A stretch of DNA of 61,760 bases, the filler included, from Xylographa opegraphella (taxonomy: Eukaryota), in assembly GCA_022813865.1 (NCBI GenBank). It is 4 parts of 4 records of this genome, joined end to end, with 100 filler letters (N's around TTAATTAATTAA, not from the genome) between each part and the next. Parts side by side here need not be neighbours in the genome. Positions count along the whole stretch, not along the records: positions 1 to 15,416 come from JALDZX010000150.1; 3 more parts are not named here. One strand, written 5' to 3'. Within the stretch, counting starts at the first letter, position 1. Every line of letters starts with the position of its first letter. The notes under the pieces are model-generated. The model ran no database searches. It saw only the letters and a list, made by a program, of their open reading frames with translations, and was not told the DNA's origin. A program made the position numbers and the translations under genes. Positions 1 to 13,199 of the stretch are shown piece by piece.

Positions 1-129
1 GGACTTCTATATAGAGCGGAGGATCTCCTATGTTGTAGAAGGCGTGTTCAACTCATGTTATGATTTTAGACTACTAGGCTTCAATACAATACTGTACGAA
101 GACTATTAGACTGGAGCATTAAGACTGCA
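1..129 (-). mobile_element. Un-RIPped LTR family B fragment (reverse orientation)
   Basis: Bases 1-21 are the exact reverse complement of 211-231. The reverse complement of 22-70 (ATAACATGAGTTGAACACGCCTTCTACAACATAGG) matches RIPped relics at ~3645, ~28855 and ~45915. Ends at an N gap. Confidence 0.65.
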
Positions 130-145
130 NNNNNNNNNNNNNNNN

Positions 146-210
146 ACTCATTGACGAATCCAACCCAGATCCCTAATCGAACTATACTAGTGAGAGGCAG
201 GATCGTAACA
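146..210 (+). mobile_element. LTR family A 3' end
   Basis: 152-210 is identical to 31002-31060 and ends ...GATCGTAACA (CA terminus); both copies follow an N gap. Confidence 0.7.
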
Positions 211-393
211 CTCCGCTCTATATAGAAGTCCTGTTCTGCGTGCTCAGTAGAACTGGCCTGCTCAGTTGACTGAGCACCCTGCCCCTACTGATCACCTGTG
301 CTCAGTGCCCTAGCCCTTCGCGCTAGACTGAGCACCCATCGCGCTAGGGTTCCTCCATGCCGAGCTTACCCGGCTCTGGTCTGAACCTTAACA
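211..393 (+). mobile_element. LTR family B 3' part
   Basis: GC-normal; ends GAACCTTAACA, a terminus shared with 15517-15580; interrupted at its left side by family A. Confidence 0.6.
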
Positions 394-487
394 TGAGGCT
401 ACTTTATGGGCAAGACTATATACTCAAGGTGCTAGTCCTGATCCAGCCCGACCCCTATTACATGTGACTGATGTCATAATCGTCACA
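394..487 (-). mobile_element. LTR family C terminal part (reverse orientation)
   Basis: Its reverse complement TGTGACGATTATGACATCAGTCAC...GGATCAGGACTAGCACCTTGAGTATATAG matches 30841-30901 and 49020-49113. Confidence 0.75.
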
Positions 488-3300
488 GGGGTATCGCTTT
501 TTTAAATAATTTTTAATAAAATTTTTATTAAAATTTACGAATGTTATAAATTTCAATTTTTATTATTATTATTAATTTAAGCTATTCGAGTATAATTCGT
601 TTTTTTCTAAATATAGTTTAAATTCGTTTTTATTAATTATAAATTTTAGAAAAGCTATTTTGTTTTTGCTAAATTTATATTTTTTAAATTTGAAAAGCAA
701 TTTCGTTTTTTCTAAACATATAAGTATTTTTTATATATGTTTTATATATTTCCCTGCTGATTTCAAATAAATAAGTATATCGTTTAAATGAATTATTGTA
801 GTTAAATTTAAATATATTTTTAATACGTTATTAATTAATGCTTAATAAATAATTAGTATATTGATTAATTTAAAGAATATAATTAAATATTTATAGTATT
901 TATATTTACTTCGAAATACAGTTTATTAATTTTCGGTTTTTTATTTAAATTAAATTATAGACGCTTTTAAGGTTAAGTTCAATAAGAAATTTATTTTATT
1001 AAATTTATTTCGTATTTCGCTGATTTTTGGTAGTAAGTATCGATTTTTAATAACAATAATATTAATCTTTCGATAATCGATATAAGGTTCTAAACTTTCG
1101 TCTTTTTTAAATATAGATATTATAAAGTATTTTGCTAAAATCTTTAATTTTTATATAAATTCTTTTTTTAAACATTTATTAACATATTTACGAAACTTTT
1201 AAATTTTTTTTAAATATACTATATATAAATTTAAATATTGATTTTTTTTAATTCGAGATTAATTTCGCTGTTCTAAAATTAATATTTAAATAGGGCGTTA
1301 AATCTTTTTTTCTTTTTAAAAAAGTTATATTTATATTTTATATTTTTTAGGGATATTAAAAAATACGTTATTTTTTTAATTTTAATTTCATTCGCTTTGC
1401 TAACCCTTGTTAGCACGTATCGAGTCGAACTTTTAAATAAACTTTATAATTTTAATCGATTTTCGATTTTTTTATTAATTATCGTTCTTTATTAATATAT
1501 AAAATATATATTAATAACGCGATTAATATACTTTTTTGTAAATACTTTTTAATCCCAGTTCAAAAATACGTTATACTTAATCGATTAAAATAAGTTTAAA
1601 ATAATGAAATACCTGGTTACAGTAATTATCTCAAAAAAATTATAATATTAATAAATAGTAATAAAATGGCTTTATATATGGTTTTTTTAAATGACCCGTC
1701 GACTATTATTATTTAAATTTATTCTAAAATTAAAAATTCGAAATCGCAGCTTTCCGCGAAAGTGCTAAATATATAATTTAGATTAAGTTTAATATTTAAT
1801 AGTACGATTGCTCGATAATCGTTTATTTTAATTGAAATTTTTATAAAACTTATATAGTCTGGTTTTTTTAGTATATTTTAAAGTATATTATCTTAATTTT
1901 TATATATTTTTGTATAATTTATAAAATTATTTTTTTCCGCTTAAAATAGCCGTAAATTTTTTTAATTTTTATATATATTGCGTATTTTTCATAAAAATAC
2001 TGTTGTTATAACGAATGTCCGCAGTTTTTTTTGAACGGGTTTTATGAACAATATATTTATAGCAAATTTTTATACATATTTTAAAAATTATAAAAAATTT
2101 CGGTTTTTAAATGCTAAAAGCACTTATTTTTAAAGTGTTTATTTTAATTTTAAATACTACAATAGATTTTTTCTATATAACTATTATATTTATAATTCTT
2201 TTTAATAAACTTGTCAGTACATACTTGTATAAATACTGTTATATATTATATTATAATATAAATATTTTGGATGTACTTAATAGTTTTATATATTTATTTT
2301 TTTAATTTTTATCGACGTTGTTAATTCGTTAGTTTTTTTATAAATTTAATTTTCGGGATTATTTAATTTAACGTTTTCATTCTCGAAATTCTCCCCGATT
2401 TATAAATTATTAACGTTTAAATCGCTTTTTCTATTGTTATTAATTTTTATTTAAAGGCTATTTATTTTATACTAAATATAAGCTTTTTATAAATCGATTT
2501 TTTATATATATTTTGTTAATACTGGCTTAATCGCTTAAAATCAAAGTAAGTTTTATATTCTTTTTTTTATATAAAGATAGTTGTTTGTCTTTCATTTGAA
2601 TTTTGATCTTATCGAAAATTTTAAATATATATTTATTTAAAATTTAAGCATTTTGTTTTTTAATCGACAATTTTTAATAATATAATCAATTTTTTAAATA
2701 TACGTAATAAATATGTATATTTTTTTTCCTCGTAAATGCTATTTTTTAAAACTCTGCTTTTGCTTTTTAAATATATTTATTTCTATTATTATAAATTTAT
2801 AAAAGTTTGTCGTTTTATACAATTTTTCCTTTATTTTAAAGCCGCTTTTTAAATAATTAATTCTTATTGTATTTTTAATTTTAAATTTGCGTTTTATAGT
2901 TTTTTATACAGTTTATCGTCGATTTTTATATATATCTCGATTATTTAATTTATAATTTTAAATATTATATTAATTTTTATTAATTTATTCTTTATCGAGT
3001 TTTAAGTTTTTTATGATATATTATGAATAAGGCATTATCGTTTTACTTAATTTAAATTGCGAATTATTAACATCCAGTAAAATAATTTTACGTAAAAATC
3101 TTTTTATTTAAGATATTATCTAATTTATATAATTATATTTTTTTCTCAAATAAATTAAAAATATTTTAATTTCGATTTTAAACTTCGTAAAGTTTTTTAA
3201 TTATTTAAAGTTTTCGTTATTAAAGTTTTCGAAATATTTTTTAAAATAAAAGGCGAATTATTCTTAAATTTGCCCTCGTATATACGCAATGGCGAAAAAT
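488..3300 (-). mobile_element. RIP-degraded Ty3/Gypsy retrotransposon (RT clearly decodable at ~750-1100)
   Basis: Minus-strand translation gives YIDYRKINIIVIKNRYLLP, KTVFRSKYKYYKYLIIFFKLIN and IHLNDILIY. These are RIP-altered CIDYRxLNxxTx[29 protein letters not shown] and YLDDILIY. The upper boundary is approximate. Confidence 0.75.
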
Positions 3301-3399
3301 AATTTTCTTAATTCTGGAACGTTATTCCCTTAAACCTCGAAAAATATATTAATTTATATAAATTAATCCTTCAAATATTTTCTTTGTATATTTATTAGG

Positions 3400-3740
3400 T
3401 TATTTTATTTTCATACGATTGTTTTTTTATTGTTTTTCATAATATTTAGGGGGTAAATTTGATCGTATTCTTAATATATTTATTTTAAAGATATTTAAAA
3501 TTTTATTAATATAATTTGATTAAAAGTCTGGGTTGAATTCGTTAATACATAAATAAAAAAATACAATAATAAATTTATTATTTTAAAAAATAATAGTTTT
3601 CGTATAAAATTATATAAAAGATTTTTATTTTATAAAATAAATTATAACATAAGTTGAACACGCCTTTCATAACAAAAGAAATTCTTTATTTTCTATAAAA
3701 AATCTGTTTAAAATATTTTTATGCCTCGAGTACCTCTGAT
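3400..3740 (+). repeat. RIP-degraded LTR family B relic
   Basis: CTGGGTTGAATTCGTTAATA...ATAACATAAGTTGAACACGCCTT is shared with 28700-28950, 45660-46000 and the reverse complement of 1-129. Confidence 0.65.
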
Positions 3741-3899
3741 TTTAAATATTAAAGGCATTGAAAATATCGACTCGAGGTATATTTCGAAAGCTAGTTCTTT
3801 TAGGCCTAATTTATTTTATGAAAGTGAGAATTTTAATATCGAGCCAGCTTAAGGAATTTATTATTTAAAATTAGAAAATTAATAATATAACAAAATTAA

Positions 3900-6800
3900 C
3901 GTTATTAGGTAAAAATGATAAAAATGATGATTTAATTGTAAAATTAAACATCGTTTTTATTTTGTTAACGTATAAAAAAGCGATTAATAATTTAAAATTA
4001 AAAAACTTTAAAAAAGTTATAAATATAAAAATTATCGCATTCGTATACAACGAAATTTATTGAAAAACTTTATTTAAAAACGTTAATATTATTATAAATA
4101 AATAAATATTTTAATTAAAATTTTACGTTAATAATTTATTAAATAAATTTAAAGCTCGTATCGTAGTAAAAAAATTCTTTTAAAAATACGACGTAAACTA
4201 CGAAAATACCTTCGCTTTGATAATAAAATATAATACACTTTATTTTTTTCGCGTTAATAATTATAAAAAAATTAAAATATAATTAAAAAAATTTTAATAA
4301 CGTTTTTGTTAAATTTTTTTAAAATTTATACATCGTTTTTATTAAAAATTAAAATCAAGTTAATATATTATTTAAAAATATTATAGAATTTTGATGACTT
4401 AAATAAATGACTCGTAATTAATATTAATATTATATTTAAAATTTAAAACGAATCGATTTCAAGTAATATGATAATAATTTATATCTATTAATTTTCTTCT
4501 ATATAAAAAATATGAAATTAATTTTAATGAAAATGGGAAAATATTTAAAACGAACTTTTAAATATAATTTAAATTAATTATAACTGAGAAACTCGAAAAA
4601 GAATAGAAAGGGAAATAAATAAAACTTGCAAAGCTTTTATTTATTTTTTAAAAACTTTTATTCTCGAGTAATTATACTCGTCTCGATGGCTGTCTTCGAG
4701 AGCGTTTTTTGAATATTCGAGCTTGTAAATCCTTATTTCAACAAATTTATTTTTGAAAAAATTAATTATTTTTATACATAAATTACACTGCGACATGGGT
4801 TGAATTGAGCTGAATTATTGAATGAATAATTCAATTCATTTTGAATTGAAATATTTATGAATAAAATTGAATTTCTTATAAATTGAGCTAAATTGAGCTG
4901 AATTAACCCAGTCGCATAATTATATAAAATTATATTATGTATAAAATTTGTATAATATATTTTTATAATTATTTTTATAGTAATCGCGAATTTTTACGCC
5001 TGCGTGGCCTGTAAACCTGCGTAACCTGCGCGTATTTTATCATAATAAACGCATTTCGCAGGTTTACGCGTATATTATACGTCTGCGGACCTGTAAACCT
5101 TCGCGTATATTATTATAATAAACGCATTCATTAAACTTGCGCGTATTTATCACGTTTGCGAATCTGTATATATTTCATTATAATACACGTATTTATTAGA
5201 CTTGGGTGTAAATTATACGTTTAAGTGATTCGTAAATCTATATAATTTGCGTATATTTCATTATAATAAACGTATTTCGCAGATTTACGCGTATTTATTA
5301 CGTTTACGAATTTACGAGCTTGCGCGTATTCTATTACAATAAATATATCTATTCAATCTGCGTGCATATTATACGCCTGCGTAATTTATAAATTTACGTA
5401 ACCCAGGCGTATTTTATTATAATAAACGTATCTTATAAATTTATACGTATTTTATAAATTTATACGTATTCATCAAATTTACGAGTCTGCGTAATTTATA
5501 TATATATTCGCTAAGTTTACGAGTCTGCGTAATCTGCGTATATTATGATATTTTAAGCGAATTATATAAATTTATACGTATTTTGCGAGTTTACGCGCAT
5601 TTTGCGTTATATTTATTATTGTTATTATTATTATTTTTACAACTTTGCGCATTTAAAATTTTCGCTTGCAATAAAAATTTTATTTATTAAAATCAAAAGA
5701 TTTTTACCGAACGTTAAATATTATAATTAATCAAATATCGTAAAGCTTGCGTAAATTAAATTTCAAATTATTATCGTTTAAAATTAAAATATTATAAAGG
5801 AAAATTTTCGAATTTTACGTTGCATTTTATAGCGTGAATTTATAATATAAATTTATAAAATACGCGCAGATCTGCGAAATTCGTTTATTATTAAAATACG
5901 CGCAGATTTGCGAAATATATTTATTATAATAAAATATACGCAGGTCACGTAAAGCTCGTAAACGTAACGAATATATATATAAATTATACAAATATATAAA
6001 TTTAATAAATACGTACAGATTTGCGAAATATATTTATTATAATAAAATACGCGTAAGTTACGCAGGGCTCGCAGACGTAGCGAATATATACGTAAAATAT
6101 ATAAATTTGTAAATTCAATAAATACGCGCAGATCTGCGAAATACGTTTATTATAATAAAATAGGCGCAGGTTCGCAGGCTCGTAAATATATAATATACGC
6201 GCAGGCCTGATAAATACGTATAAATTTACGAAATATATATTTATTATAATAAAATACGCGTAAATTATATAAACTCGCAAATTTGATAAATACGCGTAAA
6301 TTTATAAAATACGTTTATTATAATAAAATACGCGCAATTACGTAAGTTTATAAATTACGCAGGCGTATAATATACGCGCAAGCGTAAAAATTCGCGATTA
6401 TTATATAAATAATTATAAAAATTAATTTTATATAATTATACGATTGAATTAACTCGATTCAACTTAAAATTCAATTAAAAAAATTCAATTAATTTGAGGG
6501 CCCGTAAAACTCAATTTAAAATTCAACTCAAATTCAATATAATTTATAATTCAATAAATTAATTCAACTCATGTCGCAATATAACGTAAACGATATTTCA
6601 ATCGTAATATCGCGTAAAATTAAAATTAATAATTTAAAATTTAAAGAAGTTTAAGAAAGATTTTAATATTTAAATTACGCGCGATAAAAAAATCGTTTAA
6701 TTCGTTTATTTCAAAAATCGATAAATATAAAATAATAATTTTTTCTATAAATAATTACAGCTGGTTTAAATTAATTGATCTCGAGAATAAAAAAATCGAT

Positions 6801-7250
6801 TAATATAAATACTAACACACTATTCAAATTGAATATACGCGATTATATATACGCGTTTCCATATCGTTTTTATTATAAAAAAATTAAATTAACGATTAAC
6901 TAAATTTACAAAATATTACGGCCGCGTATTAAAAAATTTGTTCTATTACGTTCGATTAACGATTAATTCTTAAAACAATTTACAAAAATAATTAATTTTT
7001 TAATTTTGTTGATTATTTAAATTTGAATTACGTAAAAAAACATTTATAATTAATGTTCTTTTTAAATACGTATGTATATTGAGCCACTGATTAATTATTT
7101 AAATAAATTAAATTTCAAAATTAATATTAATATTAATTATTAAAATTGTATATATAGCCTTATTAAGTTACGTTAAAAAACTAAAGTATTTAATTATTCA
7201 AAAACTTTAACTGTAATCAATCTTTAAATATCGATTTAAATAATATTAAT
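3900..7250 (+). mobile_element. RIP-degraded Ty1/Copia pol (RT-RNase H), interrupted by the foldback element
   Basis: 4142-4240 translates NKFKARIVVKKFF*KYDVNYENTFALIIKYNTL, i.e. Copia RT DKFKARLVARGFxQxYGVDYxDTFAP. Weaker RNase H-like remnants lie at ~6770-7200. Confidence 0.65.
4786..6581. mobile_element. Non-autonomous foldback / long-TIR DNA element with TA target duplication
   Basis: Left end TA|CACTGCGACATGGGTTGAATT; right end AATTCAACTCATGTCGCAATA|TA. The inverted arms of ~750-800 bp are built of tandem ~65-85 bp subrepeats, with a spacer at ~5610-5850. Confidence 0.8.
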
Positions 7251-9252
7251 ATTCTATTTTATAATATTAAAGGAATTCGCCGATAAAGTTAAAAAAATAA
7301 TTCAATATTATTAACGCTGGTTAAAAACGTTTATTTATAGAAAATAACAATATATCAACATTATTTAATAGTTTATTAAGGATTTTTATTAAAAAATCAA
7401 ATTTGAATTCATTTTGTATTTACGTAAAGTATAATAGTAAACGAATTAATTAAATTACTATTTAATTTTAATTCTAAAGATTTTTTGTCTAATTAAATTT
7501 TTGATATAATAAAAGTTAACGATTCAATAAATATTATATAAAAATATTAAAAACAACCTTATTTAACAAAATACTTTTTATACTATTTAAAAATAATAGA
7601 AACGTTAATTAATTTATAAATTAACGTAATCGTAGACAAAAGAATTCCTTAAATAGCATTTTTTACGCATTTTAATAAATAATTGAATAAAATATTGAGT
7701 TTATCATATTGATTCCTTTTATATTTACATAAATTAATATTATTTATACGTTTTTAATATTAAACTTAATAAATAATCGTATTTAACTTTCGATAATGTT
7801 AATGTTTCTTTATTTTTAATTATCATTAAATATATTATAATATAAAAACGACTCGATAAAAATAATTCTTTATTTATATTATTAAAGATTTTATTTATCT
7901 TTACTCGTTGCCTATTTGTATACGATTTAAAAATCGATATATTTATTTTTTATATTTCATACCTTTTTCGATTTATCGTTAATTTTATAATAATATTAAT
8001 CGTTTACTATATTTAATTTTAGTTAAACAATAGAATCGTAATATAGTAAATTATAATTAAATTTAAAATAACTCATTTCTTCGTTAAAATTAATAATAAT
8101 TATTAAATATAAATTAATTTTTATACGTTAAAATAATCGTAGTTTAATCCCCTTAATTAATTAGCTTGGGAAACTTTTTTAATTTTTAATAAATTTTAAA
8201 ATATTCGCCGTTATATATAAACTTAATTAAAAATTATAAATATTAATCAAAATTAAAATAACGTTAATATAAAAGTTTACGATATGATTTATTATACTTT
8301 TATTATTAACCTTAGTTTTTATATCGTTCGAGCTTTTATTATCGTTAAATTAATTTTTGAGAAATTATTTAAATTTTAAATTTTAACGTATAATTCTATA
8401 TTATCGACGTTATTATTAATTTCGATGCTAATAAAATCGTTTAATAAATTTTTATATTTAATATTAGTCGTCGTGATTTTCTCGGTTCGACGATTATAGA
8501 TTTTTAATTTATATATTCGATAATAATTTTTAATAAATACGCTTTTTTATATATTGTATAATTTTTAAAAAATTTTAATTTAAAAATATATTACTGTTAA
8601 TTTATTATTTATTATTTTTCGAAAATACTTTAATAATAATTATATTTATAATCGCCGAACCCTCAAATTATTTTCCGATATTAATACCATCGCCGAATTT
8701 ATTGATAAAACAATAAATATCGATAGCAACGAGAATAATAATAAATTTAAAAATAAAATTTAAAAAACTTAATATATAACAAATACGTATTAAATCAATT
8801 TTAATAAAAATAAGAAATGGCGTAGCTAGCGTTTTTATAATAACGTTTATTAAAAATCGCTTTTCGTTAAATTCAATATTTATTATTAAAGAATTTTTTA
8901 AATATAAAGAATTTTTTAATTTTTTTAATTATTTAATCCTCGTACGCAAAGTTTTCGTTCCGCAATAATTTAATAATGTAAATTAAAAAGTTTTTATATA
9001 TTAAAAAATCGTAATAATTATTTATAATACCTCGAATTTTAATTATTATATAGCCTCGTTATTGCTCGATATAATTATATATTTATATAATAATTAATTA
9101 ATTTTTCGATGATTACTACGTTATTATTATTATATTTTTTGGACTTCGATTATTAATAATTTTTTAAAAACTTTCGTATTTTTTATCAAATCGTTAATCT
9201 AGCTATTTAACTATTTATTATTAAACTGATTTTATATAATTATGAAATAAAG

Positions 9253-9449
9253 TGTTAGAAATAGAGTCCCGGCCTGCCTGCAGGATAGCGAGAGCTGCTA
9301 AGCGAGAGCTCGGGCCGCNNNNNNNNNNNNNNNNNTAGTGCGCGAGCATATAGTCTCGTAGTTGTTCATAGCTAATACAACACACTTGTTTACCCATATA
9401 TTCTGCTAGAATGACCACTGCGCTTCAGTACCCATCGTACCTTTCAACA
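9253..9449. mobile_element. Un-RIPped LTR fragments flanking an N gap (family F at 9336-9449, reverse)
   Basis: Starts TGTTAG and ends TTTCAACA; 9388-9449 is the exact reverse complement of 46274-46335; no TSD. Confidence 0.65.
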
Positions 9450-9960
9450 TATTTCATATATTTAAAATATTCAGCATATTCAGCACATTTAGAAAAATAA
9501 TTATTAAAAAAATTACGTTTCAAAATAATTAACTCGTTTAAAAATATATCATAAAATTATTAAAAATTAATTAAGCGAAAAAAAAATTAAAAATTTTCAA
9601 GCAAGTTTCCCACTAAATTTATATAAATAATATAAATACGTAATTCAACTAATTTTACTTAATAATTTTAAAATCGTTAAACATTCGTAAAATCATAACG
9701 TTAACGAATATTAACGAGGAATACTCGTTAGTTTAAAAATTTAAAATTTATTTTAATTAATTTTTAAAAACGTATTTTAAAAATAATTTAAACGTATATA
9801 TTATTTATTAAAAGGGATAAAGGTATTTAAAATTAAAATATTTATTAATTACGCAAAAAGTATATTTCTCGCGTTATATAAACGATTTGTAAATTATAAA
9901 TTTTAGATCAAATTAATTTTTACTGATAAAAGATATATTTTTGTAAATTATATCGATTTA
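9450..9960 (+). repeat. Dispersed AT-rich repeat family G, copy 1
   Basis: Colinear with 31061-31780 and 41740-42346 (e.g. TAAATTTATATAAATAATATAAATAC...CGTTAACGAATATT...ATACTCGTTA). Confidence 0.7.
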
Positions 9961-11459
9961 AAAATTGCGATCAAAATTTAACGCTTTTACAAATAATGAA
10001 AATATTAAAATAAAAATAAAAATATCGTTTATTTTTAAAAACTTTGTTTTTTTAATGATTATTTTCGCGTCGAATTTATTTTGAAAATATTTCTCGAAAA
10101 CTCGGGTTTTTAAGTTCTCATTTGAATAAATATTATAATAAAAAACGTTTATTAAAAATATAAATATTCGACGAAAAATTTATATCGAATAAAGTTAGTA
10201 AAAATATCAAAACGAAATTAAAAAATTGATAAATAATTAATTCAACTAAAAAGTCGATATAGAATATAATATATTTCTTAATTAATAAAATGAACGGGTT
10301 ATTTTTAATAATTTAAATCATTTTACAACTTATAATATTATTATTTATTGAATTAACGCTCCATTATAAAATGAATCATTTTGTTTATAACAACAGAAAA
10401 TTGATATTTTAATTATGGAAAAAAATTTAAAAAATCTCGTTAAAAATATAAATCAAATGCAAAAGCAGAAATTGAATTAATATTCAATATTTTAAACTCG
10501 TGGCAATTAACGATTTAATAAATTTCGTGTAGAAATATTATTGAATAACTATATTTGAAATTATTCATAAATTGTATAATTTTTATTCGAACTTATAATG
10601 ACGTAATATTTCAAAAATTATTTTAAAAAACAATGTTTTTACGAGATTTTTATAATAATTAATAAGATACAAATTTCATTATTTATTTTTATAATATATT
10701 TTTTATTTCAATTATTCGAACAATATTTTTATTTATTCAATGAAATTACAACGATAATTAATTAATGTTATAAGAAATTGAATTCAAACGTTATTTCCAT
10801 TATTTGATCGAATCGTATTAAATTATTATTGATTAATATAATGTTTATTAATAAGTTTAAAATATTACGTTTAATTTTGAGTAAAACAATAAATAAAACG
10901 TTATTAAATTTTGAATTTAAAAAATTAATAATATTAATGTTTAAATTTAAATTTACCATATAAACAAAATCTTTAATTTTAAATTCTAATTTAATCAAAT
11001 TAAAATTATAATATTTATCAGTTATAATTTAAACTATATAGTTTAAAGAATTTGGATTCAAATAACGATAAATTATTAATATACGAAAATTGAATTCAAA
11101 TGTAATTATTTATAATTTGTTAATTAATAAATAATCAACTCGTTAAAATTCAATATTTTTCGTTTAATATTGAATTAAAATCAAACGTGTTTGTTATTAA
11201 TTTATTATAAATAAAAACATTAACTCGGATAAATTCAATGTATTATATTTCAAGTATTGAGGCAATTGTAACCCTCCTAATTTAGTATTTATATTATTTC
11301 GTTTTTATATATTATATTACTTTGCATCGTGATATAAAGTATTAAAGATTTAATACGCCACGTTTAAAAAATTAAAATAATATTATAATTATCGCTGCTA
11401 TTTTTATTAATAAATATTAAACGTTCGTAGCGAACGACAGCATTATCAATTATAATATT

Positions 11460-11650
11460 AATCAGATAATCCAGCGTGAAAGCGACCTCTCGCTCAATAT
11501 ATAGCGTTGTGAAAAATCAAGGCCTTGAGAAAGCTAAATCGAAAAAGGGAATACTATATTAATCGAAATGAATTATTACGCATTATTAGCGATCGAAGTT
11601 GAATTTAAACTTTTTTATTTTTAAAATAATTACGCTGTAAAAATAATTCA
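11460..11650 (-). repeat. RIP-degraded copy of the 192-bp unit found upstream of the MFS gene
   Basis: Its reverse complement contains CACAACGCTATATATTGAGCGAGAGGTCGCTTTCACGCTGGAT, matching 22043-22085. Confidence 0.75.
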
Positions 11651-12061
11651 GCGTAAAATAGTTTTTCGCTAAATATATAATGTAATATAGCCACAGTTTA
11701 AAAAAATTTCATATTTGCAGAATTTAAATTAATAGCTTAATTTTTAATTCGTAATATAATATACGTATTAATTATTTTTAGCCTAGCTTTATTGAAACTT
11801 AATTATTATTAAATTAAACGAAATTATTAAACTACTCACGCGATTATGAATTCAGGATCAAGATTTATAATATATAGATATATTAGTATTAGATAACGTT
11901 AAATATATAATAATATAAAGATTTTAATACGTAACTCTGGAATTACAGCCTGCGTATATAATATAGAAAAATTCGAAGAAAAGGGCCCAAAATAGAAATA
12001 ATTAAGCCCAGATTCTTTACGCGCAAGAATTTCATTAATTTCAGGCCAATAAAATTTATAT

Positions 12062-12317
12062 TGTAAAGGAATTCGTAGGAAGTCCGCAGCAGCCTAGTTG
12101 AGTAGGCAAAGGGGTAGGCAAAAGGATTGGATCGGGGTCGCAGCTAGGTCAAGTCTTTTCTGAATAAGGTCACTTTCCGTCCGACAGAGAGTGAAAAGAA
12201 GAAAAAAACGAATTAACTGCCGTTGTGGCTCTGCTGCTCTATCGCTATATGCAGATGCGTGAGGAAGGAAGCTCCAAATCAAAAAGCGCCCAAAAGACCC
12301 GCCCCGAATCCACCACA
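12062..12317 (-). mobile_element. Solo LTR family D (256 bp)
   Basis: TG...CA termini, flanked by ATAT on both sides; near-identical inverted copy at 24100-24355. Confidence 0.8.
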
Positions 12318-13199
12318 ATATTTAAAGTGCGTAAAAGTAAAATATAATAATCGCCTTTAAACGATAGAAACTGCGTATAGAAAATATAATCATAAATATA
12401 TTAAAAAGCGTATAAATAAAAAAGTTATAATAAAATCAATTTCGTTAAAAGTTTAATTCAAGCGTTCGAATTTAATATCGCGAATTTTCGAATCAATTTT
12501 ATTATTATTATAATAATAACGATTTTCGATATTTTTAAAATATTTTTTATAATAGATAATTTTTTTATCCTGGTTCGTCTACTGCCGTTGCTTTTTTATT
12601 ATTTTTATTATTTATTATTTAAACGCCTGTTGCGTTGCCCCTAACATTTAGTATTATAATATATTAAATAATATTAAAGCAGTTTTTTTATTATTTTTTG
12701 CGTTAAATTTTCCTGTTATTCGCAGTAATTATTTTTCTTTTCTATTAATATTAGTTAATAATTATATAAATCATTATTAAATCTTTATCGTTTCGCTCGG
12801 CGACGGCCGCAAACGATACTTTTTTTTCCTTTTTAAATCGACTCTCGAATTGATTTATTAGTCGATTTATCAACGTATAAAATTTATCGAAAATTTTTTA
12901 GAAAAATATTATTATCGTAGTGGTAAAAAGAGTTTTTAATATTATTGAATTTTAATATTCAAAGAAAAAAGAAAGCGCAAGCGATCTTTAACCGACAAGT
13001 TTTTAAAAAAATTTTATTAAATAAAACTCGAGTCTCGAAGCGACTCGAGGCATTAAATACTTACCAGAAAAATATTAATAAAATTTAACTTTTTTTATTT
13101 CATAAAAAACGAATATTCGAATTATATAATTTAATCGCGTTTATATATAATTCATTAAAATCGTATTAAATACGTTAACTATATAATTTAAAATATCAA

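Noticed and set aside
4981..6400. CRISPR-like appearance of regularly spaced motifs
   Set aside because: These are degenerate tandem subrepeats without unique spacers, in eukaryotic DNA, with no cas genes.
2111..10998. Short I/F/N/K/Y-rich ORFs (2111, 6002, 10768; likewise 24840, 27015, 48763, 52750)
   Set aside because: Chance ORFs in RIP-degraded AT-rich DNA; no motifs.
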